DNA from: Clostridiaceae bacterium
GTDB lineage: Bacteria > Bacillota > Clostridia > Acetivibrionales > DUMB01
Length of the DNA: 64,000 nucleotides
Assembly (NCBI GenBank): GCA_012840085.1
Contig: DUMB01000094.1
Location: 84,960-148,959 of the forward strand
Direction: 5' to 3'
The position numbers and the translations under genes were made by a program. Positions 46,679 through 55,063 of this stretch are shown piece by piece. Numbering within the stretch: the stretch's first letter is position 1; each line of letters begins with the position of its first letter. The notes beneath the pieces were generated by a model that ran no database searches, was not told the DNA's origin, and saw only the letters and a program-made list of their open reading frames with translations.

Positions 46679-48976
46679 TTACCCGACCTTGAAAGGCTGT
46701 TTCCTTGTTCCCGTTCCATCAATTATTGTGGCAGTATTCTTAAGATACAGCGCCGGGATCACACCAATGCTGTCTGCATTTGCATCCTTCATGTAAATAT
46801 AACCATCTTCGTCAACAACCCTGACCATGCTTGAATTGGCATAATATACGGTTTCAAGCCAGTAGCTGTAATCACGTTTGATAGCCGCCGCCCTGTCTGA
46901 AAGGTATTCTGTGAGCTGCTTTATGTCAAGTAAAAAAACCTTATCATTAACATACAGATGATAAGCATCATCAAAACCAAAAGCAGCCAGTGAAGGCACA
47001 TGCATCCAGAAAAAGTCGTTATTCCCGCCTTCCACCTTTTCCTTATCGTATACGGAAAGCAATACTTTGTTTTTATAATTATTTATAAGTCCTGTTTCAG
47101 CAGCGCTGAAATCCTTCAGGAACTCACCGTTCAGCCATTTCCTGAGGCTGCATTCCGGCCAGTAATTGCTTCCGTATTTCATTCTGTTTTTGTCCCCATC
47201 CCGGGGCTCTGAATCAAAAGCCCTGAAGTCCACCGCTTCATCCGAAAGCAATAAAATACCGTTTTCATCAGTATTAATAACTCTCCACAGAAGCTTTCTG
47301 CCGTTATATTCCCCGAAGCTCACATAAGCACCGTAAGCAAGACTTTTATACCTTTTCGGTTTATTGCTGTATGTAATCAACAGAAATACAGCAGAAAGGG
47401 ATATACAAAGGAATAAAAGAGTATTGCTGATAATTTTGCCTGACCTGTTAGTCTCTTTTAGCTTAAAAAGGATATACACCAGCTTGCATATAAGCCATAT
47501 CACTGATAATAACAGCATCAGATCCGTTCCGGTGACAAACCCGAACATGTGCTTGGCAATATCAGCCTCTCCATTTGAAATCACCGGCACAAGCAAATTA
47601 ATGATATTAATTACGAGGAGAGCAAAATAGAATATTGCGGCAACAGTTTTTCTGCTATTTATGCTTTCATTATGCTCCCCGCCTTTTTCTCTCAAAGCAT
47701 TTGTGAGTTCCAGGATAGTAATTGAAAATGCAGCAAGAAAAAATGCCAGTATGAAGTAAATATTGTCCAGCGGCAGTTTAAGCCTGAAGCTGCTCCATAT
47801 ACTGAACTTGTTACACTTTGTAAGGCGTTCATGTCTTAAATCATAATTGCCTAAATAAACCGGCCGTATATGGCTGCTGTTCTTTATTGATATATCAAGT
47901 TTCTGCCACAGTCTTGAAGGGTTTTTTAAGTAAAACTTCAGCACATCAAATTTAGAAATGCTTCCATAAAAATCTCTTTTAAATTCAGGGGAACGTATGT
48001 CCAGTTTATGACCCTGCATGTAATAATTTGTATTTTGCAGCACAATCATATATGAAGGAAGCCCAAGTTCCTTTAAATCCTCTTCAGGCGTCGGCGAATT
48101 TTTTAGTATGCCGAAAAATACTGCCTGATAGGTGGTGTGCTCGTCCATCCATTCCGGTACAGAAATGAAAAAATACATTGACATAACCAGTGCAAGGCTT
48201 AGCCCGATAACGTTTAAAGCCTTAAACAGGCTGCTTGATTTATTTAAAAGTATAAATGACATGCCGGCAAGAGCAAAAATAACTCCAAGAGGTATATTGG
48301 CAAATTTTGATCCCATAAATAATATAACCCCTGTATAGTAAAGCACACAATACAATATGCTTCCTTTCGATGAAAATATCATAGATACCGCACATGCAAA
48401 TATGAAAATGAAAGAGGTATATTGCAGCGCTTCCCCGTAAAACGAGTTAAAATAAGCGGTATATCCTACATCACAGAATATAAATATAAGAAGGACAAAA
48501 AAGGCGGCATCAAGCCATTTGTGGCCCAACCGTACATTAATAAATATCATGCAAAGCGAAACAGTTAAAAAAATACAGTATAATACACCAAGCCATTGAA
48601 TTCTGTAGACACTTGGATCTGTACCTTTCAAAGCATTATGAAACAAATTCAGCAGTGTCGATGTTTTAATAAAAATATGCTGGGTTGTAACATAAGGCTG
48701 TGCCAATGTAAAAAGTGCATTATAAAGCCTTTCAAATTCTCCTTTGCCTTCAAAAGACAGTTTGAAGCGATCTGTAAAGACAAAAGCCTCCCTGTCCTCC
48801 TCCCCATATGATATTCGGTTGGGAGCAATAACCCGCTTGAAATCTCCATTGTCAGAAAGGCCTACTGTATCACCCAAATAAAGTGATGCTGCCAATACTA
48901 TTAAAACCAGTACCGCCAGTAAAAAAACATGGGGACAGTTCTCAACTTTTTGCACTTTCCTGCCATCATTTCTCAT
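46679..48976 (-). CDS. Large polytopic membrane protein (about 520-aa multi-TM region) with an extracytoplasmic C-terminal domain; candidate GT-C-type transferase (GtrC/YfhO-like role)
   Basis: More than 10 predicted TM helices. The C-terminal soluble domain has the motif VSFGEYNGRKLLWRVI...YWPECSLRKWLNGEFLKDF (resembles a DUF6273-type domain). The operon context with GtrB/GtrA homologues supports a role assignment by inference only. Confidence 0.5.
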   Translation of the reverse strand: MRNDGRKVQKVENCPHVFLLAVLVLIVLAASLYLGDTVGLSDNGDFKRVIAPNRISYGEEDREAFVFTDRFKLSFEGKGEFERLYNALFTLAQPYVTTQHIFIKTSTLLNLFHNALKGTDPSVYRIQWLGVLYCIFLTVSLCMIFINVRLGHKWLDAAFFVLLIFIFCDVGYTAYFNSFYGEALQYTSFIFIFACAVSMIFSSKGSILYCVLYYTGVILFMGSKFANIPLGVIFALAGMSFILLNKSSSLFKALNVIGLSLALVMSMYFFISVPEWMDEHTTYQAVFFGILKNSPTPEEDLKELGLPSYMIVLQNTNYYMQGHKLDIRSPEFKRDFYGSISKFDVLKFYLKNPSRLWQKLDISIKNSSHIRPVYLGNYDLRHERLTKCNKFSIWSSFRLKLPLDNIYFILAFFLAAFSITILELTNALREKGGEHNESINSRKTVAAIFYFALLVINIINLLVPVISNGEADIAKHMFGFVTGTDLMLLLSVIWLICKLVYILFKLKETNRSGKIISNTLLFLCISLSAVFLLITYSNKPKRYKSLAYGAYVSFGEYNGRKLLWRVINTDENGILLLSDEAVDFRAFDSEPRDGDKNRMKYGSNYWPECSLRKWLNGEFLKDFSAAETGLINNYKNKVLLSVYDKEKVEGGNNDFFWMHVPSLAAFGFDDAYHLYVNDKVFLLDIKQLTEYLSDRAAAIKRDYSYWLETVYYANSSMVRVVDEDGYIYMKDANADSIGVIPALYLKNTATIIDGTGTRKQPFKVG

Positions 48977-49300
48977 TTGTCATCACCTGTCGTCTGTGTC
49001 ACTTTCCTTTAGGGACGTTTCTCAACTTTGTCATGTCTCTAAGCGGTATTCCTCTGCGTCATCTCACCTAGTCACCCAGGGACTCACCCAGGGACAGTTC
49101 TCAACTTTTTATCTTTTTTCCGTCAACTGTCATCTGGGACAGTTCTCTATTTAGTCTTGTTACTCCAGAACATCCTCCCTGGAATATCATCTGAGAACAG
49201 TTCTCCATATGGGGACAGTTCTCGCCTTTCCATATAGGGACAGTTCTCAACTTTATTCCATCTCTCAGTAACATCTCGCCGGAGCAGTCTTCAATTATTC
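48931..49300. repeat. Array of about 8 forward copies of GGGACAGTTCTCAA
   Basis: Cores at 48931, 49012, 49091, 49136, 49193 (palindromic variant GAGAACAGTTCTC), 49211, 49237 and 49281 (degenerate). The first copy lies inside codons 8-14 of the 765-aa gene. Confidence 0.8.
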
Positions 49301-49316
49301 TACTACATGCTTTCCC

Positions 49317-49525
49317 AATTAATTGAGAACTGTTTCCTGTTATACTGTTCCCGGTTGTATGAGAACTGCCATCTTATATTTTATTCGCAGCTATTAATTG
49401 AGAACTGTCCCCGTACATCATTCGCAGCTGTTAATTGAGAACTGTCCCCGTACATCCTTTGCAGCTGTTAATTGAGAACTGTCCCCGTACACCCTCCGCA
49501 GCTGTTAATTGAGAACTGTCCCCGC
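49317..49525. repeat. Array of about 6 reverse copies (TTGAGAACTGTCCCC), including a 37-bp tandem repeat x4 (49387-49525)
   Basis: Cores at 49323, 49359, 49398, 49435, 49472 and 49509. The unit gcagctgttaattgagaactgtccccgtacatcNtt repeats with an exact 37-bp period. Confidence 0.85.
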
Positions 49526-49708
49526 TACCCGGCTACCGGATAAAACTGCTTAAAATATTTTCTGTATTTTAGTATGCGAAAATAAGTGTAATAAACTTCT
49601 TCTTTTAAAAAGCAAAAACTGTAACAATATTGTAACTGTGTGCATCTTATAAATTATGAAAATATTGTCGACACTATACATAGAAGAGTATTTGCAGGAG
49701 GTGGCATT

Positions 49709-49831
49709 ATGAAAAGGTTCAATCAGTATATTGATATCCTCGTAAGAGCACTTCTGCTAACCGTTTTGTTTATTATACTGCTTCCCGTAAAGGTCCTGCT
49801 CAGATTGACACGCAGGGTGGATGTAAGATAA
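49709..49831 (+). CDS. Small hydrophobic protein (40 aa)
   Basis: AGGAGG 7 nt upstream of ATG 49709. Sequence MKRFNQYIDILVRALLLTVLFIILLPVKVLLRLTRRVDVR has one TM helix and a basic tail. Confidence 0.45.
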   Translation: MKRFNQYIDILVRALLLTVLFIILLPVKVLLRLTRRVDVR

Positions 49832-49893
49832 AATCTCAGTAGATTGCAGTAGAGATTATATAAACAAAACTCTGTGGAGGTTGCTACTAAAGC

Positions 49894-50391
49894 TTGGTAA
49901 AGAGATATACTGAAAATGAAAAAATCCCGACCCATGAGTATTTTATGAAAGAGGCGCTTAAAGAAGCACGTAAAGCCTATAGAAAGGCAGAGATACCTAT
50001 TGGCGCCGTGATTGTCAGGGAAAACAAGATAATTGCAAGGGGTCATAATGAAAAGGAACTTAAAAGTGATGCTACTTTCCATGCCGAAATTTCCGCCATA
50101 CGAAAAGCAGGTAAAAAGCTTGGCAGCTGGCGGTTAAATGACTGTGATATGTACGTAACTCTTGAGCCTTGTGCAATGTGTGCCGGTGCTCTGATACAGG
50201 CAAGAATCAGAAAGCTTTATATTGGCACTGCTGATCCCAAGGCTGGAGCTGTTGGTTCGGTTATTGATGTTTTATCAGTAGAGAAGTTCAATCATAAGGT
50301 GGACGTTGCATATGGCATCCTTGAGCAGGAATGTTCAAACATACTCAAGGAATTCTTTAGAGAACTCAGAGCAATGAAAAGCAATAAATGA
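49894..50391 (+). CDS. tadA: tRNA-specific adenosine-34 deaminase
   Basis: CDA-fold motifs HAEISAIRKA and TLEPCAMCAGAL, C-terminal FFRELR, collinear with Bacillus TadA. The start is uncertain (TTG 49894 or ATG 49945). Confidence 0.9.
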   Translation: MVKRYTENEKIPTHEYFMKEALKEARKAYRKAEIPIGAVIVRENKIIARGHNEKELKSDATFHAEISAIRKAGKKLGSWRLNDCDMYVTLEPCAMCAGALIQARIRKLYIGTADPKAGAVGSVIDVLSVEKFNHKVDVAYGILEQECSNILKEFFRELRAMKSNK

Positions 50392-50453
50392 ACCAGCTCA
50401 TAGGCAACAAATGAACCAGTTCAACAGTAGAGTTTGACATCAGTAGAGTTTGA
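50381..50453. repeat. Two short tandem duplications at and after the tadA stop codon
   Basis: gcaataaatgaaccagctca (50381-50400, contains the stop TGA 50389-50391) versus gcaacaaatgaaccagttca (50404-50423). Then cagtagagtttga x2 (50425-50437, 50441-50453). Confidence 0.8.
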
Positions 50454-50765
50454 GAGCATCTGAGTGAGGTCAAATTTCCCACAAAAATTTTATTGCATTT
50501 GAAATAATTTTTTTAAATCAGAGACCGGTTATTTAAAAAGGCGTACAGTAGATGTTCGGCAAATATACGCCCTAAATTTACAGTTGATTTATATGGTTCT
50601 CGTATGTTAGAATATCAAAGCAATAGTATTTTTATTTTAGTATTTTTTAGTTATTTTTAAAGTTGCAATAAGTGCTTATTTCAGTTTTTGGACTTTACAT
50701 TATGAAATTAAACAAGCCTGATTCGAAATAATAATTTTGAGGCTGTGCCAATCACAGTTTAACAC

Positions 50766-50854
50766 GGAAGAGTATCGAAGTGGTCATAACGAGCCTGACT
50801 CGAAATCAGGTGTACGGAAACGTACCGTGGGTTCGAATCCCACCTCTTCCGCCA
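50766..50854 (+). tRNA. tRNA-Ser (anticodon CGA), class II with long variable arm, CCA encoded
   Basis: Acceptor GGAAGAG/CTCTTCC, anticodon stem-loop GCCTGACTCGAAATCAGG, variable arm TGTACGGAAACGTACCG, T-arm GTGGGTTCGAATCCCAC, then G plus CCA. Confidence 0.9.
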
Positions 50855-50862
50855 ATGTTTAT

Positions 50863-50910
50863 CAGGGTAGAATAGATAGAAAACACATCTGTTCTACCCT
50901 GAGTTTTTAT
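50863..50910 (+). terminator. Rho-independent terminator after tRNA-Ser
   Basis: CAGGGTAGAATAGAT / ATCTGTTCTACCCTG (15 bp, 1 mismatch) followed by AGTTTTTAT. Confidence 0.7.
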
Positions 50911-50977
50911 AACATGCTTTTGAAGTGCTTTTCAAAATATTTATATTACATATTCTGCCTACGAAGGAGGAAACATT

Positions 50978-51937
50978 GTGATTGAAATTGTGTTTAGCGA
51001 CAGCGCAGGCGGAAGCTTGAAGATGGCACAGCATTATGGTGAGGGAAAATACTGCGGTGGGACAGTCGGAATTATCATAAATCATTCAGACGGCTGCATG
51101 CCAACAAAAGCCGATATTGAGAATGCACAGCGAGAAATTGAGGAAAGGAAACGTCTTGCGTGGGAAAAAGCTGTGCCCTTGGGCGGCAACTCTGCGGATG
51201 TGTTCAGCTTCAATCTTGCATGGAGCGTTGGCAGCATCGCAGACAGTTGCTTGGGTATGGAACGTCTTGCTGTGCTGGAGCGGCTCTTTGGCATCTATCC
51301 TGAAGATATTGGAAAACCGGCTGCAAAAGAACTGTATCAATCAGCTATAAAAAACCTAGACTTAATTCGTAATAAGGCGGGGAATGGCGAGACTCTGCGT
51401 ATATGGTATAGTAATCAGCCGGACGAAATATGCGGGTTACATTGGTTTATGAACCTACTGAAAAGTTGGAAATTGCTTTCTGTCAAAGTTGTCCTTGTCA
51501 AACTCCCGGAATGGACGATGGATGAGGCAACGATTGTCCGGTATAACAGCTGGGGTGAGGTTGAACCGGGAAAGTGGCACAACTATCTTGGTTTGCAAAT
51601 GACTGCACCGGAAGTCCTGATCAATGCTATCGCTTCACATTGGTCGGACCTTCAAAAGGAAAATGCACCATTGCGCGCCGTAATAAACGGAAGATTGCAA
51701 AGTGTCCCTGAGAGCTTCTATGATGATTTTATTCTACGCGAGATCGGTTTTGAAAAAAATGAATTCCACGAAGCGAATTTGATTGGCAGAATTCTTGGAA
51801 AATATCAGCTTGGCATTAGTGACGGATGGCTGGCTCTGCGTATCGAAGGAATGATTCGTTCAGGAAAGTTGAGAGTCGTCACATCTGCTCCGGAAGGTTC
51901 TCCAAGTTATCATAGGATACTCAAAAAAAACGAATAG
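50978..51937 (+). CDS. DUF1835/DUF3658-type protein
   Basis: N-terminus (M)IEIVFSDSAGGSLKMAQ matches the characteristic DUF1835 start. 319 aa. GTG start with RBS AGGAGG. Confidence 0.6.
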   Translation: MIEIVFSDSAGGSLKMAQHYGEGKYCGGTVGIIINHSDGCMPTKADIENAQREIEERKRLAWEKAVPLGGNSADVFSFNLAWSVGSIADSCLGMERLAVLERLFGIYPEDIGKPAAKELYQSAIKNLDLIRNKAGNGETLRIWYSNQPDEICGLHWFMNLLKSWKLLSVKVVLVKLPEWTMDEATIVRYNSWGEVEPGKWHNYLGLQMTAPEVLINAIASHWSDLQKENAPLRAVINGRLQSVPESFYDDFILREIGFEKNEFHEANLIGRILGKYQLGISDGWLALRIEGMIRSGKLRVVTSAPEGSPSYHRILKKNE

Positions 51938-52299
51938 AAAATAATAAAAGCTCCGGGTTCACTTCATTTTTATCCTGGTGCTTTTTATTTTCAGCAGTTC
52001 TAACAGCATTCGAACCCGGGAGGGCACGAGCTTTCAGGAAATGTTCTAAATGGCCATTTCGCAGCGAGTGTAGGAGCGTGGTACCGGAGCATTGCGAGGG
52101 TGTATGACGTCTTTAGTATACGAAGCAGATGGGAATCCCCCATCTTCCGCTACAATTTGTCCGGAAAGCATGATCTAATCAGGGTTTTCGGCGTCTTTGA
52201 CAACAAAAACCGAACAATATTCCGCTATATTTACCGCTCTTTTCATGTTATAGGATTTAGCTTTGGACTTCCGTACATTCTAACAGGAAGGAACTTTGT

Positions 52300-52623
52300 A
52301 TTAGGACTAGGACTTACTGTAATAAGGGGATACTGCCAGTACATCTAATTGCCGCTAGTACACCTGTTAGGGTATCAGCAGTATGCGTCTAAATTACTAG
52401 TAACAAAGTTGTGGGCAGGAGTGAGTTGCAGCCCAGCGACTTGATTTTCTGGAAGAACCTCGGGTGCGAGGGCTGCCACAGATGGAACGAAACCCATCAT
52501 ACCGGCATCTACATCGGGGACGGCAAGGTCATTGAGGCCAGTTCAAGCAAGGGACGCGTCATTATTCGTGATCTATGGAAAAGCCCGAATTACCCCATCT
52601 TTATGTTCGGAAGGCCGTATTAG
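52300..52623 (+). pseudogene. Degraded NlpC/P60-family cell-wall hydrolase (C-terminal part only, interrupted upstream)
   Basis: SELQPSDLIFW...HHTGIYIGDGKVIEASSSKGRVII matches the NlpC/P60 His-containing C-terminal half. An in-frame TAA lies at 52390. A QQYAS-containing piece (LPLVHLLGYQQYASK) lies upstream in another frame. No catalytic-Cys segment is intact. Confidence 0.55.
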
Positions 52624-52783
52624 GATACTATCTCCCGGTTTGGTGAAGGATGAGATGATAAAGCTGCTTGAAAAAATGATGTCCGGATACAAGAACATAT
52701 GACCCCGCCGAATTGACGGGACTATTCTATCAATTTGAGGAAAGCGCTTCCCGACATATCAGGCATCTATAGCTGCAATCCGC

Positions 52784-54319
52784 TTATTTCATTAAATGAT
52801 TCTTTGTAAGTAACGCTACCACATCCCGCAAAATGGCGATCATACCTGAGCGGTTTCCGATACTGCCCGCGCTCTGCGCCCACAAAACATCAAAATGCGA
52901 CTGGAACTCGTTTACGATTAGTATTTGATTGGTATGGATCATCAACGGTTCCTCACCGCTCCAGCAGTTGGCCGCCATGCTTGCATTCCGCTTGATATGC
53001 CAACAGCTTCCCGCATGCAGTGCCGACAGATCGTCCAGTATCAACAGGTGGAAGTTCGGCACGCTTTCAAGATACCGGATGTAGCCGTTCAATATTGCCG
53101 CGCAGCCCTCAGCGTTCAGGTTTACAAAGCCCTTTTTCATAAAATACAGCCCCGGCATGCGGCAAAAGCCGTCCCGCGCCACCTGCATGAGCCTTGAAAG
53201 CGAGAGAATCTCCCGAAACACCGAATCTCCGCCGAGCACACCGTCCATTCCAGCCTTAAAGCGCGCAAACTCCGCGCTGCGCCACGCAAATTCCGCACCT
53301 TCATGTCCCAGGGCAAGCAGCGCACGGTCGTATGCCTCTTGGGTCATGTATAGGGGATTGAGGCTGTCTTTGACGACATCAAGGCTGCCGGGCGTGGCAT
53401 ACTCCATGTAGAGGATTTCAAGGATATTTCGGGAATAATCGTCGCTGTATACCTGGAGAGCGGGCTGTGCGTAACGAACCGTTTGCTCAAAGCTCTTTTG
53501 AGTTTCCTCCACAAAGCTCCTGTCCGTGACGATAAGGGCGACGGGGGGCGCGGCAACGCCGGGCGTTTCGGTCACAAGCATAACCGCACCATCAGGGATA
53601 ATCAAATGCATCTGGTTGGTGACGGTCTGCGTCATGCCGTGCAACAGTAAAAGCCTGATATGTCCTGAGACGAGCGGTTTCATATAGACGTCAATCAGAC
53701 GCGATATCGCCTGCGTGTCGCCGGATACGCATACCACAAGCCGTATTTGTAACCGGCTTTTTTCGATTGCCCGGATAATCAGGCCGGATATATCCTCCTG
53801 CGCGATGGTGGCGATCCGGTCGCTGGAGAGGAAGATATCCACGCGGCTTTGCGGCGAGAGCGAAGCGAAAAGCGGTTCAAGATCCAGCGCGATCTGTATG
53901 ACTCCCAGCCTGATCGAGGAATGTCGTGCAGGACAAGTCAGAGCGGCTTCAGCAGCAACAGGCTGCGGTCTTCCCATATCCGGCGTATTGCCGCCAAGAT
54001 TCCGGCGAAGGCTATCCCCATCGCTTGCCAGCCATACAACAAGATTTTGCTTGATGCGGTGAACCGAGGACAGCTCCGTGGGCAGGCCTTCCGACTCAAA
54101 ATGCGCATTGAGCCACTTGATGTCGTCGATGCTCCGGCTTTGCGCGAGGATATATTCCGCAAGGGCATCCATCTGAGCGCTGGCCGCCCGCAGCTTTCGC
54201 TTGCCGCTGAGCCAGCGGCTAACTAGGGAGGGATCGACGTCAAGCGCCTTCGCCAGCTGGTTGCCGCCGATATCAAAATAGTCCATGACGGTTTTTAGTT
54301 TGATTCCATTGTTTATCAC
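52784..54319 (-). CDS. HTH (XRE-like) domain protein with a large uncharacterised C-terminal region (511 aa)
   Basis: N-terminus LKTVMDYFDIGGNQLAKALDVDPSLVSRWLSGKRKL is a classic XRE-type HTH. I could not assign the remaining roughly 440 aa. The GTG start overlaps the upstream ORF stop (GTGA). Confidence 0.6.
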   Translation of the reverse strand: MINNGIKLKTVMDYFDIGGNQLAKALDVDPSLVSRWLSGKRKLRAASAQMDALAEYILAQSRSIDDIKWLNAHFESEGLPTELSSVHRIKQNLVVWLASDGDSLRRNLGGNTPDMGRPQPVAAEAALTCPARHSSIRLGVIQIALDLEPLFASLSPQSRVDIFLSSDRIATIAQEDISGLIIRAIEKSRLQIRLVVCVSGDTQAISRLIDVYMKPLVSGHIRLLLLHGMTQTVTNQMHLIIPDGAVMLVTETPGVAAPPVALIVTDRSFVEETQKSFEQTVRYAQPALQVYSDDYSRNILEILYMEYATPGSLDVVKDSLNPLYMTQEAYDRALLALGHEGAEFAWRSAEFARFKAGMDGVLGGDSVFREILSLSRLMQVARDGFCRMPGLYFMKKGFVNLNAEGCAAILNGYIRYLESVPNFHLLILDDLSALHAGSCWHIKRNASMAANCWSGEEPLMIHTNQILIVNEFQSHFDVLWAQSAGSIGNRSGMIAILRDVVALLTKNHLMK

Positions 54320-54724
54320 AGGAATGGTCCTTTCAAATCATTTTTCATGGCAAGGGCTTTAAGAAATTGCTGACTGGTAATCAGAGGAATGGCAGCGACC
54401 CGACCAAAGTCGGAATTCTGCTTGTTTTGGACGAATTCCATCAGCCATACTTGGTCGGTACACCGCTCCAGTGCCTGTATGTTTCCCCCTTCGACTATTT
54501 CATGGAGGATATCTTCTACCAGTCATGAAATCATGGCCTGTGTTACGGTTTTTTCCACATATCTGGCACTGACAAGCATCCCACAGATGATTCTCATCGC
54601 TGATTTTCACGCAAATCCGGTAAGTGCAACCGTTCCAATCATGTGCTTCATCCCGCGTCTGACTGCAACGCAGGCATTTGCAGCCGTTCCATCTGTGACC
54701 TGACAGTTTGCAGGTCAATCCCAT
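54316..54724 (-). pseudogene. Cys/His-rich repeat protein, apparently frameshifted (74-aa N-terminal ORF 54500..54724 plus a 68-codon continuation in another frame, 54316..54522)
   Basis: The N-terminal part MGLTCKLSGHRWNGCKCLRC...HDWNGC...HLWDACQCQICGKNRNTGHDF has RBS GGGAGG. The second frame has no start codon, reads LVEDILHEIVEGGNIQALERCTDQVWLMEFVQNKQNSDFGRVAAIPLITSQQFLKALAMKND, and ends in a GTGA overlap with the next gene. Confidence 0.4.
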
Positions 54725-54814
54725 CACGATACCTCCCATTATCTGATTCTGTACCGCTTGTTTTCCCAGAGCCTTCAGCGCTCATAGCCCGGCGGCTGAC
54801 GCAGGGTGACGTGT

Positions 54815-55063
54815 CTACCTGTTAAAATCCTCCGGCCCGAAATCCGTCTCGACCACCGTGCCGCTGTCCGAATAGTAACGCTCCCTTTTCCCGCAGCGCG
54901 TGTACCAGGTCGTGGACACCTTGCCGGATGCGGCAAAGCTTCCATCGTCGTTATCCCTGATAGCATGCCGAACCTTCCCGCATATTTGGCATTTGCAATT
55001 ACGTCCATTATTGCAAAAATCCTTTAGCGTGAGCGAGTATCCCCATAGCCTGACGCAGGTCAC
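54815..55063 (-). CDS. Small Cys-rich protein (82 aa), paralogue-like to neighbours
   Basis: NCKCQICGKVRH...YTRCGKRERYY. The GTG start at 55063 overlaps the reconstructed stop of the LRR gene (GTGA). Confidence 0.45.
   Translation of the reverse strand: MTCVRLWGYSLTLKDFCNNGRNCKCQICGKVRHAIRDNDDGSFAASGKVSTTWYTRCGKRERYYSDSGTVVETDFGPEDFNR

Noticed and set aside
48883-49071. 62-aa plus-strand ORF across the start of the 765-aa gene and the first repeat copies.
   Set aside because: It overlaps the supported minus-strand start region, has no RBS, and its sequence is dictated by the repeat motif.
49387-49525. Possible mini-CRISPR array (regularly spaced 37-bp units).
   Set aside because: Almost the whole 37-bp unit is conserved and only about 4-5 nt vary between units, so there are no spacers. 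No cas genes are nearby. This is a plain tandem repeat.
49723-50082. 119-aa minus-strand ORF overlapping the small ORF and the tadA 5' region.
   Set aside because: It is antisense to tadA (which has clear deaminase motifs), has no RBS and has implausible composition.
50392-50765. Expected SRP (4.5S/scRNA) gene, which follows tadA in Bacillus-type genomes. Also a TTGATT-18-TAGAAT promoter-like element at 50584-50613.
   Set aside because: No GGAAGCAGC / domain IV-like sequence is present and the region is AT-rich and unstructured. The promoter-like hexamers lie about 150 nt from the tRNA, so their role is unclear.
52000-52015. tRNA-like T-loop sequence (GGGTTCGAAT on the minus strand) that might mark an att site or a tRNA gene.
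   Set aside because: The flanking bases do not form a T-stem or an acceptor stem. The orientation is opposite to tRNA-Ser, so it cannot be the direct-repeat partner of an integration event.
51990-52300. Possible remnant of a large serine recombinase zinc-ribbon on the minus strand (MLSGQIVAEDGGFPSASYTK...SYTRCE), which would have explained island mobility.
   Set aside because: The resemblance requires both ribbon cysteines to have mutated, and it is short. I cannot distinguish it from chance without a BLASTX search.
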